Origin: Mobula hypostoma
Taxonomy: Eukaryota
Direction: 5' to 3'
Assembly: GCF_963921235.1 (NCBI RefSeq)
Contig: NC_086097.1
Location: 248,746,001-248,810,000, forward strand
DNA: 64,000 nucleotides
Shown: in pieces, positions 50,487 through 62,089 of the stretch
Layout of the letters: each line of letters begins with the position of its first letter
How positions within the stretch are numbered: the stretch's first letter is position 1
Made by a program: the position numbers and the translations under genes
Notes under the pieces: model-generated
The model's database searches: none
What the model was told of the DNA's origin: nothing
What the model saw: the letters and a program-made list of their open reading frames with translations, nothing else

Positions 50487-50635
50487 TGGTCTTGTCAGTG
50501 TTAGTCTTTGGTTTGTCCTTTTTTTTGTGATATCACTCTGGAGGAACATTGTATCATTTCTTAATGCATGCATTTCTAAATGACAATAAACGAGGACTGA
50601 GTGTCCTCATAATCTAATCTAATCTAATCTAATCT
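50487..50635 (+). mobile_element. YY1-head retroposon family, 5'-truncated copy 5
   Basis: 3' end only: AATAAA, GAGGAC-TGAGT-GTCCTC hairpin at 50592-50608, (AATCT)5. Confidence 0.8.
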
Positions 50636-50699
50636 TTAACAGAGCTGACTGCCATCACCTGTGTTTATACTGCTGTGTTCTAGAGACCTCATTTCTGTT

Positions 50700-51835
50700 T
50701 TCAACTCCAACCCCAATGCATGATCTCCTCTGCTGCCTTGATGAGGCCACTCTCAACATGGAAGAGAAACATCTCAAATTCCATATGTCTATCCACGGCC
50801 TTCTCTACTGTCAAGATGAAGCCACACTCAGGTTGGAGGAACAACACCTTGTATTCCGTCTGGGTAGCCTCCAACCTGATGGCATGAACATTGACTTCTC
50901 TAACTTCCGTTAATGCCCCATCTCCCCTTCGTACCCCATCACGTATTTATTTATTTTGTTTGTTTTTTTTTCTCTCTTTTTTTCTCCCTCTGTCCCTCTC
51001 ACTATGACTCCTTGCCATCCTCTGAGCTCACCTCCCCTTTCTTTCTCCCTAGGCCTCCCATCCCATGATCCTCTCTGTTCTCCAGCCTTGTATCCCTTTT
51101 GCCAATCAACCTTCCAGCTCTTAGCTCCATCCCTCCCCCTCCCGTCTTCTCCTATCATTTCGGATCTCCCCTTCCCCCTCCCGCTTTCAAATCTCTTACT
51201 ATCTCTTCTTTCAGTTAGTCCTGACGAAGGGTCTCAGCCCAAAACGTCGACTGTACCTCTTCTTATAGATGCTGCCTGGCCTGCTGCATTCACCAGCAAT
51301 TTTTATGTGTGGCTTGAATTTCTAGCATCTGCAGATTTTCTCGTGTTTGTAAATTCCATCTGGGTAGCTTCAAATCTGATGGCATGAACATCAAGCTTTC
51401 TAACTTCTGATAGTTTCTCCCCCCCCTTCTCCTTTTTCCATTTCCCATTCTAGTTACCCTCTCACCCCTTCGCTTCTCCTCTCCTGCCAATCACTTTCCC
51501 CTGATGTCCGTCCTCCCCTTTCTCGCATGGTCCACTCTCCTCTCCTATCAGACTCCTTCTTCTTCAACTCTTTGTATCTTCCACCTATCACAGCCCGGTT
51601 TCCTACTTCATCCCACTCACCCGGTTTTGCCTATCACCTGCCAGCTTGCACTCCTTCCCCTCCCACCTCCACTCACATTCTTTTTTCTGTCTTCCGCCCT
51701 CTTTCTTTCCAGTCCTGATGGAAGATCTCAGCCCAAAATGGAGACTGTTTATTCCCATCCGTAGATGCTGCCTGACTTGTTGAGTTCCTCCAGCATTTTG
51801 TGTGCGTGTTAATCTGCAGAATCTCTTGTCTTTAT
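50700..51835 (+). mobile_element. Young Penelope copy (50785-51350) nested in an older Penelope copy
   Basis: Two GIY-YIG C-termini and two pLTRs; AAATTCCAT TSD at 50776-50784 and 51351-51359. Confidence 0.8.
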
Positions 51836-54464
51836 TCCAGTTTGCCCGCATCATCTCTTTCCAGAATGCCCCTGTCCTGAAACTCTGCAGCTATCCTGGC
51901 TAGTTTGGTGTTGCTTGTCACAAACATCGCCGTCAGTGGGACTGCAGATCTCCTTTCCACCTTGCTACTGTTCCTCCAACCTTTAAATAGATCGCCCATT
52001 CATTGAAGCCCATTTGCTAGTCTGCCTCTCTTCCAGGCTCCCTGCTCAATGCCCAATGCTCCCAGACTCACAAGCTCCCTTTTTTTTAAGGAGCTGTTGA
52101 CAGATTGTTGAACTTGCCGGTACTAATAATCAGACCGTGTGCGCTGGTAATGGTTTCTACTTGTCAGACTGTAAATGAAAGAGAAGACCGACATAATTTC
52201 AGAGAATTAGGATGCTGTCTGGATTAGAGGGCATGCCTTTTGAGGAAAGGTTGAGTGAGCTAGGGCTTTTCTCATTGGAGCGGAGGGTAAGAGGTGACTT
52301 AGTGGAGGTGTACAAGATGATAAGAGGCACAGATCGAGAGGACAACCAGAGACTTTTTCCCAGGGTGAAAGTAGCTAATATGATAAAACATATTTTAAGG
52401 TGATTGGAGGAATGTATAGGGGTGACGTCAGCGGTTTTTCACGTAGAGGGTGATAGGTGCAAGCAACACCTACCACTCCACATCCAGGGGTGATTGTAGA
52501 GGCAGATACATCAGGAACATTGAAGGGACTCTTAGATATTTGCAGTCTGCTGTGTTTTATATCTCTATTGGTGGTTTTGTTATGGAAAATATTGCAGGAT
52601 TAAGGTATCAGCTATGGTTCCGTGGTAGCAGCTTGTCTGTGGATCACATGCTTGTGGGTTAAGACCCTCTGCAGGGATTCGAGCAGATTATCTACGCTAG
52701 AGTGGTGCAGAAGGGGATCAGGATAGTTGGAGGCTTCACTTTTCAGATGTACCGTTAGGCCAAAGCAACTCTGACCTTGGAGTGAGGCCAGAAAGTTCAT
52801 GGTGCCACATGCATGGAAAGTCAGAAAATTCTCCTCTGTGTTCCGAGCAACAGCTGGAGAATGGTTACTGAGCTGGCTGATGTTTGTGAGACCTTGTTGA
52901 ACATAAATTTAACAAGTCCCTCTCACTCACTGCTACCAAAGGAAGCCGTCTGTGTGTGGCAGTCTCTTGCTCACTGCTTGCGAGGGAAGCCACCTGTGTT
53001 CGAATGCGTGCTCGCTCTACATTCAGAGGATGATATTGAATTTCTGGGTCTGCGATTTATGGACTGTGGTTTACTTGGACCCTTACACTTTTATGTTTTT
53101 ATATTCTGTGTTTTCACCTGTTCTTTCTTGCTTCCTTTTTGCAAGATTTTTTTTGCACAGGGTAGGGTGGGGGTGGGGGAGTGGGGATTGATATTCTTGT
53201 TACTGTTTGTGAGATTTGTTTTTTTTTGTGCATGGGAGGGTTGATACTTTGAACAGCTTCCATGGTTTGCTTTGTTTCATGACTATCTGGAGAAGATGAA
53301 TCTCAGAGTTGTATATGACATACATACTTCGATAATAAATGTACCTTGAAATTTGATGGAGCATTTCCTACCTCACCATTTGTCTGCATGTCAAAAATAG
53401 CTCATTAATCATAGATACATTTGCTCTGGGACATTATAAATGAAGGATACTTAATTTAAAAATGAAGGATTTATCAGGATGCTGCCTGGTTTAGAGGGTC
53501 TTCATTAATTGGGGGAACTAAGTTTAAGAGTGCCTTGCATCTCCTTTGGTAGAGATACATCTCCACCCCACCACTTTGTAAAACCCTGTTTAGGCAGGGC
53601 TTCAAGAGATGACTTGCATTATTTCTCATCGAGATCCATCAACGGGGACTCCCACCACCCAGGACATGCTGTCTTCTCGCTGCTGCCATCAAGAAGAAGG
53701 TACAGGAGCCCCAGGACTCACACCACCAGATTCAGGAATAGTTATTATCCCTCAACTATCAGACTCTTGAATCAGATAGAAAAATGGAGGGTTATGTAGG
53801 GGGGAAGGGTTGGATCGTTCCCATCCTGGGTCCACATACCCCTTGGTTAATGGTAAGGGTTCATCACATAAAAGTTGGGAACCCCTGGGTTAGATTCATC
53901 TTAGAGTAGATTAGAAGGCTGGTAAATCATCATAGCCAAAGAGTCTGTACTGTTCTGTACCATTCTATGAAGGAAAGCCCTTCATCAGAACTGCATATGA
54001 AATTCAAAATTGCATATATATAAATGCAAATTGCTTCTTGTCACAGAGGAAGCCACAGTTACAAATTAACAAAGTCCTATTTCTGTTTGCTATATTTATG
54101 ATTGAAATCATTTCATTGAATTGATATTCTCTCATTTATCTTCAATCACACCTTCTCACCACTTTAATTAGAGTAGCCTTTCTTTACTCAGTGGATCACT
54201 GTCCTCAGTTGAATGCATTTGCCTCCAGCATTTCAGATGACATGTGGGCTTCATATGGAAACTATTCTGTGGATTACCTTGTCGGTAGGAAATATATCCC
54301 ATTATTTAATGGAACAGGCAGAGGGTTCTGACAAACACTTCAGCTACAACTGTTATCGCTGAGTTTTAAGTGAATTTGTCAGGGGGAACCCTCCACTGCA
54401 GTGAGAATTGAGTTTGTCTTCAGATTCAGACTTATTTATCACATATATTTCAAAATGTATAGTG

Positions 54465-54772
54465 TTGGCACGTGGCCAAGTGGTTAAGGCGTCGGTCTAG
54501 TGGTCTGAAGGTCGCTAGTTCGAGCCTTAGCCGAGGCAGCATGCTGTGTCCTTGAGCAAGGCACTTAATCACACATTGCTCTGTGACGACACTGGCGCCA
54601 AGCTGTATGGGTCCTAACGCCCTTCCCTTGGGCAACATTGGTGCTGTGGAGAGGGGAGACTTGCAGCATGGGCAACTGCTGGTCTTCCATACAACCTTGC
54701 CCAGGCCTGTGCCCTGGAAACCTTCCAAGGCACAAATCCATGGTCTTATGAGACTAATGGATGCCTATTATT
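54465..54772 (+). mobile_element. tRNA-derived SINE
   Basis: A box TGGCCAAGTGG, B box GTTCGAGCC, GTGTCCTTGAGCAAGGCACTTAA body; matches 32097-32411. Confidence 0.85.
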
Positions 54773-56289
54773 AAAAGTAAAATGCGACGTTGAGTTAACA
54801 GCCAACGTGACCTAAAGATGTGTTGGGAGTGACCCGCAAGTGTCACCATGTATTCCAGTACAAAGCGGCATTCCCATCATGCTCAGCAGAACACAAAAGG
54901 AACTGAAACAGCAGAGCAACATGAACCCCCCCCCCAACTTCCTTCCACCTGCCTACGCACACACGCACGCACACACTCAGACAGTCCCCTAACCCCAGGG
55001 CAGGCTGTCTCCAGGTACCCAACCTCCAGTGGGAATCGGGCTCGCACACATTGGGCTTTTGACTCCCCCAGTGGACTTAGAGACTAGCAAACGCAGGATC
55101 TGGCCATCCGCATTGTGGGGTTTGACTGACCAATCACCCTTCCTCTATGCCATCAATGCAATGATGCATTTCAGGATAAAGTTGGTCTATAACTTGCATT
55201 ATTTCTCCAGGCGTGGTACTGGGGATTACTCAGTGCTCTGTGTTGTATACAGCTCCTCCTTGGGAGGCAAAGGTTAATTTTAAACAGTTCTTCATCTCGG
55301 ACGTTGCTAACATAGCTTTACCTCACTTGAACCTTTCCCTTTGCAGGTGATAGAGAAGTTGATGGAATTGTGGACAGCGTAGAAGGTTGGTGTAGGTTAC
55401 AAAGAGACATTAACCAGAAGCAGAGCTGGGTTCAGAAGTGGCATATGGAGTTCAACCTGGAAAACTGAGGTGATTCACCTTGGAAGACAGACTGACTAGG
55501 ATTCTTAGCAGTGTGGTGGAACAGAGGGGTTTTGAGGTCCACACCCATAGGTCCCTCAAAGTTGCCACGCAAGTTGATATGGTGGTTAAGAAGGCCTATG
55601 ATGTATTGGCCTTCATTCTTTTGGGGATTGAGTTCAAGAGCCATGACGTAATGTTGCAACTCCATAAAACTCTGGTTAGAACATACCTGGAATATTGTGC
55701 TGAGATCTGGTGGCTTAATTACAGGAAGGATGTGAAAGCTTTAGAGAGGATTCATGCTGGCGCTATTGTATTTCTATGTTATATTGACCATCCTGTTGTA
55801 GATAATATTTATTATAAATGACTATAGTTGAACATTGCATATTCAGATGGAGATGTAACATTAAGGTTTTTACTCCTCTTGTACACGAAGGATGTAAGTA
55901 ATAAGTCAATTCAATTCAATTCAGATGCATTTTTATTCCATTTTGGAGGCCGAATTTGTCTTCCAATATGGTGGTAACTGAGTAAAAATTCATAGGTCTG
56001 GACTAATAATCCAGAGGATGTGAGTTCAAGCCTGCAGTGTGTCAGTTTGGGATTCAGTTTTAAAAACATCCAGAAAGGTAGAAGTAGCTAGCTCCCCAAC
56101 AGTTATTGGAACAGTCAACAAAATTGGAATGGAAATTGGTTTATTGTTGTCACATGTAACAGGGTACAGTGAAAAGCTTGTTTTACATACAGATCAATTC
56201 ATGACACAGTGCATTGAGGTAGTACAAGGGAAAACAATAACGATGCAGGATGAAGTGTAACAACTACAGAAAGTGCGGTGCGGGTAGAC

Positions 56290-56730
56290 TGTCTGTCTGT
56301 CTAGGTACCATATCCGATGCGGACTTTGGTGACCATGGGTTTCCATATAGATCTATCCTTCGTTTTTTGGATGACTTCCATTTCCTCGATGTGTAGCCAC
56401 CTGGCTATGCTTTTGATGTACATAAGCCGAGGTCTTCCTCTGGGTTTTCTCCCCTCGATCTTTCCAGAGAGTGTGAGTTTTTCTAGTTCATCTTTCCGCA
56501 TGATGTGTCCTAGGAATCTGAATTGTCTTTCTCTTATTGTTGGTATGAGTGATCTAACTGCTTGGGCTGTTCTGAGAACTTCTTCATTTGATGTGTGTGT
56601 GGTCCATGATATTTTTAACCTTCTCCTGTAGAACCATAATTCAGATGCTTCTAGTCTCTTTTCCATTGCTGGGGAAATGGTCCAGCATTCACTTCCGTAA
56701 GTCAGGATAGAATAAATGTAGCACTGCTAA
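56290..56730 (-). mobile_element. 5'-truncated RTE-clade LINE
   Basis: Open frame RLEASELWFYRRRLKISW...NEEVL...FLGHIMR...GKIEGRKPRGRPR...DRSIWK; (CAGA)n tail; TSD GGGTAGAC at 56282-56289 and 56731-56738. Confidence 0.9.
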
Positions 56731-57013
56731 GGGTAGACAGTGAGGTGCAAATTTGTACTGACGTAGATTATGAGGTCCAGAGTCCACCTTAACGTCCTAG
56801 TGAACCATTCAATAGTCTAATAACAGTGGGGTAGAAGCTGTCCTTGGGCCTGGTGGTTTGTGCTTTCAGGCTTTTGTATCTTCTGGAAGATGGGAGGGGG
56901 CAGAAGAGAGATGTCTGGTGTCTTTGATTATGCCAGCTGCTTTACTGAGGCTGCGAGAAGTAAAGAGTCCAGAGAGAGGAGGCTGGTCTCCCTGATGTGT
57001 AAAGCTGGGTGTT

Positions 57014-57340
57014 GGGGTGGAGATACGTCTCTACCAAAGGAGGAGTTAGGCATTCTTTCCCTCTGCTAGCCTGCAGGTCACCCTTGGGCAAGGTGTAGCA
57101 CCTGCTTAGCCCCACGATCAGGGTCACGTGAAGCCATGGGAGCAGGTGGTGGATGGTCGTGTGAGCAGCCAGTCCATATCACAAGTCCTAGTTGTGTGAC
57201 CGCTGACGCCAAGCAGACAATCTCTGAAGAGTATTGATAACGGCTGGGGTCACCCATCTCATAAAGACACTGCTCAGAAGAAGGCAATGGCAAACCACTT
57301 CTGTATAAAAAATTTGCCAAGATCATGGTCATACCACTGT
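57014..57340 (+). mobile_element. RTE-related SINE-like element
   Basis: GGGGTGGAGATACGTCTCTACC head through GAAGGCAATGGCAAACCACTTCTG. Confidence 0.7.
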
Positions 57341-58028
57341 CAGGATATCCTTCCGAAAAATCTGCAGGGGATTGCAAACTCAGTCAGCTCCATCATGGGC
57401 ACCAGCCTCCCCAGCATCGAGGACACCTTCAAAACGCAATGCCTCAAAAGGGCAGCTTCCATCATTTAGGACCCCCATCACCCAGGACATGCTCCCTTCT
57501 CACTGTTACTATAAAGTACAGGAGAAGAGAGAATAGCCAGGATGGGAGGGGTCTTTAGTTATGGTGGGCGCTTTACTGAGGCGGTGAGAAATGTAGACAG
57601 AGTCTGTAGAGGGGAAGCTTGTTCCTGTGATGTGTAAGTGTAGATGCTGCACCAAAAATAAGCGTATTATAGTGATAAAGGCCTTTATGAGTGTTTATGA
57701 TGGAAACACTTTGGACTCTTCCTCCGTCTCCATCCGTAGGGAGGCCTTAGCTAAGTCCACTTTGCTGAAATGTTTCCCTTCAGAAAGATTTGCAAAGGGT
57801 ATTGATCTAATCTCAGTACTGGGTTGATGGCGTCCACAACCCTCTGCAGCTTCTTGCAGTCATAGTTGCCATGCTGTCATAAAATTGTCGAAAAAACGCA
57901 GAACGTCCACAGGCTTCCTTTCGGCCGGGACACCTGTTAAACTCTGAGTGGATTAGTGAGCAGCTCAACTGCATCAAAGCCATCGCTGATTGGAGGAAAC
58001 ACGATCTCCACATGGACAAGAACCAGGT

Positions 58029-58541
58029 TGTTAAGGATCCGGCCTGAACACTGGGTCGAAGGGCCTCTGCTGGTAGCTCTGGATCACGACAGTCTTTAAT
58101 TTCTGTTTTCTTTTACCAGGCCATGTGGGTTCTGGCCCAGCCCCTTTCCTTTTTGGACTTCCTCCAATTACCTGCTCGTCTCCTCATTTGCACCCACCTG
58201 TTTCTAATTTTCACTCATTACCCTGTCCATTTACCCTGTCATTCTCTGCCAGTTCATCCCAGTTCCAACCTGTGTCGTTCTAGCCTGTCATTGTGACTTC
58301 TGCCAACTGATTTTGCCTGATTCTGTGTTTTGGATTTTACCCGTTCCTGGACCTGATTTTTGCCTGTGTGCTCTGGATTGTCTGCCCTCGCCTGACTGCC
58401 TTTCCTGGTAAGACCTCTGCCTGCCATTTTGGATTTGTGCCTGCCTTCTGTTTTTGAAAGACTGTTGCCTTTGTGCTCCCTAATAAATCCTGGTGAAAAA
58501 GTATTCATTAGTCTGCACTTGAGTCCCACCAAAACCTGACA
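58029..58541 (+). mobile_element. Solo LTR (Gypsy-type)
   Basis: TG...CA termini (TGTTAAGG...CCTGACA), internal AATAAA, perfect 5-bp TSD CAGGT at 58024-58028 and 58542-58546. Confidence 0.8.
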
Positions 58542-58924
58542 CAGGTCCAGAAAATGATCCATAGGAAGACTAAAGCCTTGGCAGCAGCAGCCTCATCCCG
58601 CGATCGTAAATTCACGTTTAATTGTACACAAAAGTCTGTTACTCAGCAGCGGTTTCAGAAATACTCATTGCTTATAAAGTACATACCCTGTGTTTCAATC
58701 CTGTAGAGCAATGGAGACTTTCCCTCTCTCCCTGTTCATGAAGCAGTTGGACTTCTATTTTGTGTCGATAGCCAGAGTCTTGGCATGGATTTTGTTCTTG
58801 GAAAACAGTCACAGAAAACATGCCAGAATAAAATGTGATCCCTCTGGCTTTGTACGGTCTCAGGCTTCTTCCTGTGGAGTCGAGGAATGCCTGAAATTTT
58901 AACAGTCCCTCTCGGTTTCTGTTG

Positions 58925-59340
58925 ATCAGAATCAGGTTAATATTCACTGGCACATGTCGCAAAATTTGTTGTTATGTGGCAGCAGTACATTGCAATACAT
59001 AATGATAACCAGTAAATTACAGTTTCTGATAAATAGAAGCTGATGGCAGAGGGGAAGAAGCAGTTCCTGAAAAGCTGAGTGTGTGTCTTCAGGTTCCTGT
59101 ACCTCCTTCAGCAATGAGAAGAGGGCATGTCCTGGGTGCTGTGAGTCCTTAATGATGGATGCTGCCTTTTTGAGGCATTGCTCCTCGAAGCTGTCTTTGA
59201 TGCTGGAGCGGTTGGTGCCTAAGATGGAGCTGACTGAGTTCACAACTTTCTGCAGCTTATTTTGATCCTGTGCAGTGTCCCCACACCATACCAGACAGTG
59301 ATGCAACCAGTTCGAATGCTGTCCGCCTACCACTATAGAA
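58925..59340 (-). mobile_element. Rex1-type LINE 3' fragment
   Basis: LQKVVNSVSSILGT...CLKKAASIIKDSQHPGHALFSLL. Confidence 0.75.
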
Positions 59341-59344
59341 ATTT

Positions 59345-59962
59345 AGATTCTGAAGACATGCAGTCCTCTTTTATTGTCATTTAGTAATGCATGCAGTAAG
59401 AAATGATACAATATTTCCTCCTGCGTGATATCACAAAACACAGGATAAACCAAGACTGAAAAACTTACAAAACCACATAATTATAACATATAGTTACAAC
59501 AGTGCAACAATACCATCACTTGATGAAGAAGTCTATGAGCACAGTAAAGTTCAAAGTTTCTCAAATGTCCCACATCTCACGCAGACGGGAGAAGGAAGAA
59601 AAACTCTCCCTGCCATGCCGACCACAGTCCGACTCTGAGTCATCCGAAAACTTCGAGCTCTGATCAGCTCTCCGACACCGAGTACTGAGCGCCATCTCTG
59701 TCCGAACAATTCGACCTCCTTCTCGGTCGCCAACAGCAGGCAAAGCCGGGCATTTTGAGGCCTTCCATCCGAAAGATTCCGGACCGCGCAGTAACGACAG
59801 CAGCGAACAAGCGTTTCAGAAATTTTTCCAGATGTTCCTCTGTGCTTTCACGTCCCTCTCCATCAAATCAGAATTGTCCACAGCCCCTATTTAATGGACA
59901 CGATTTAATTTTTCACCGGAGGGCTGTGCACGCATGGCGCGCTGCTTTCTCTCCTCCCGCCG
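59345..59962 (-). mobile_element. YY1-head retroposon family, copy 6 (head motif degenerate)
   Basis: Family match; 7-bp TSD GAAATTT at 59338-59344 and 59963-59969. Confidence 0.8.
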
Positions 59963-60359
59963 GAAATTTGCGAGTGCCTCACATCTAAGTGACAAAGGAA
60001 AGGCATCATGAGTGAAAAAGAAAGCACATTATGTTAGGAAAACACTTTATATCCATCATCAACGACCCCCACCATCCAGGCCGTGCTCTCTTCTCACTAC
60101 AACCATTGGAAATGAGGTACGGGAGCCTTAGGTCCCACACCACCAGGTTCAGGAGCAGTTATTACCCTAAAACCAACAGGCACCTGAACTGGCGTGGATA
60201 ATTTCACTCACCCCAACTGTGAACTGATTCCACAACCTACAGACTTCCTTTCAGCATTCTGCAACTTGTGTTTTCAGTATTATTTATTTATTTTTTTTTA
60301 CTGTTTGCATGATTTGTCTTTTTTGCATGTAGGTTGTCAGTTTTAGTGATTTACACAGC

Positions 60360-60770
60360 TCTTACTTGCTGCCCGTTGTGCCGCTGGCGTTTCGGGCAGC
60401 AATGAAGGTCCTCCATCTCTGGCGGTGCTCAGGACTTCCTTCATCGTGTCAGTGGCTCAGTTTTCACAGCTGACAATCATGCAAGTCCAGGCAAAAACTT
60501 GGGAAAGCATCGCACTCAGATGTAGAAGGGCTCTTCATTTCTGTTTCTGTACCAATTTTGTTTTACCAGTCAGGGTTGTTACCCCGGAGCTGAACCCCCA
60601 GACCACTCCGTGTGGACCACTCTTAGTGTGGCCTCTACCCTTTGACCTGTTTGCCATGGGTGACCCTACTAAGAGCCAAAGCATAAAGCCCTGACTCCAG
60701 CCAGCATAGCTCTTTGGGTCGCTGGGGCAGGCAAACTCCAAACCAGGACAAGGCTGTGGTCCTCTTGGAT
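60360..60770 (-). mobile_element. Non-autonomous RTE derivative (5'UTR-like part fused to 3' end)
   Basis: Shares its 3' end with 38800-38958; no ORF; 5' part resembles RTE leaders. Confidence 0.55.
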
Positions 60771-60987
60771 GTTTTATAGTAGATTTTCATACATTCTATT
60801 GTATTTCTTTATTTTCCTGTAAGTGCTTGCAAGAAAATGAATCTCAAGGAGGAAGTGCAGTGGATGTTTCCTAAGGCGGAGGAGCCTAGAACTGGAGGGC
60901 ATAATCTCACAATGAGATGAGGAGGAATTTCTTGAGTCAGAGGGAGGTGAATCTGTGGAACTCATGGCCACAGATGGCTGTGGAGGT

Positions 60988-61955
60988 TGTTAGATTTTGA
61001 AAGTCCAAAACATAAAACGAGTTAAAAGAAAAACTTGGGGAGACCAAGGCAAACGTGTACTCTTCATTTTTGTTGTTACTTTTAGTGAGGCACGCACTGG
61101 TGACGTGAAGGCATGATAATGGATGTGATTCATGTATGTTCACATGTAACCCACATTGCATTAAGTAAACAACAAAGAATGCTTAATCAAATAATATACT
61201 TACAGCATTACTCAAAATAATACTATAATGTTATAGTGTAAGTGCTTATGGTGAGAAACACTTTGGACTTTTCTTCCATCTTCATCATGTAGGTAAACCT
61301 CAGCTAAGTTCACTTTGCTGAAGTATTTTCCTCCAGAAACCTTTGCAAAGATATCCTCTATCCTGGGCAGAAGGTGTTGATCTACTTTCAGTACTGGATT
61401 GATGGTGACCTTAAAATCTGCACAGATCCTGAGAGACCCGTTCTTCTTGGCTCCTAGGACCATCGGCTCCGCTCAACCTCGGAAAGAACTCCTTCAGCCT
61501 CCATGTGGTCTGGCTCACTGGCTGCTTTATCACAGATGGTATAAGGAACCGGACAGGCTTTGTAAAACTTGGGTGTGGCATTTTCATTTTACTGTATTTT
61601 ACTCTCGATATGTTTGAGCTTTCCAATGCCATCCTTGAACACCGCTGTGGTATCATCTGGTACCTTTCTAAATTCACTTTCAGTTGACTCTCTTGCAGGG
61701 GATGTGGCATGCAAATGGTGGATGGATCTCCAATCAAGTCGTAGTTGTTTCAGCCAATCATGACCCTCCTGTTCGTACCACATACACACCCAATGTGGCT
61801 TGCTTGTTGTTGTTGCATTTCACCATTAGGAATGTCACAAATGCCATTCAAACTGATTTTGTGGAATGACTGAAATAGCCATTTTAATTAATTGATTTAT
61901 GGAACAAATGAAACAATTCCATTTTAATTAATTTGCCATTCACTTCTGGCCTAAA
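60988..61955 (-). mobile_element. Gypsy element of the same family as 6407-12927, heavily deleted (protease/RT fragment and LTR)
   Basis: KKNGSLRICADFKVTINPVLKVDQHLLPRIEDIFA; LTR similarity at ~60988-61215. Confidence 0.8.
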
Positions 61956-62089
61956 CCATATTGCTTGTCTCTTGTTAGTTTTCACAGGGTAAATCTCAAG
62001 GCTACACAATCCTGTGTTGCCTCATCAATATCAGATCCTTCATCAACAGCACGCAGGTTAGTGCTCTTTTTGGAAACTGCAACTTTGAC

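Noticed and set aside
54465..54540. tRNA gene (also 32340-32411)
   Set aside because: A/B boxes are followed by a shared SINE body and tail, with a TSD in one copy; this is a SINE head.
55330..55760. Candidate exon 3 acceptor (TTTCCCTTGCAG|GTG)
   Set aside because: Downstream sequence is a decayed CR1 RT fragment with stops.
57014..57115. HDV-like ribozyme in the head of the RTE-related SINE
   Set aside because: P1-, P2- and P4-like pairings can be drawn, but the L3 loop (UCCNCG-type) and the catalytic J4/2 strand are missing.
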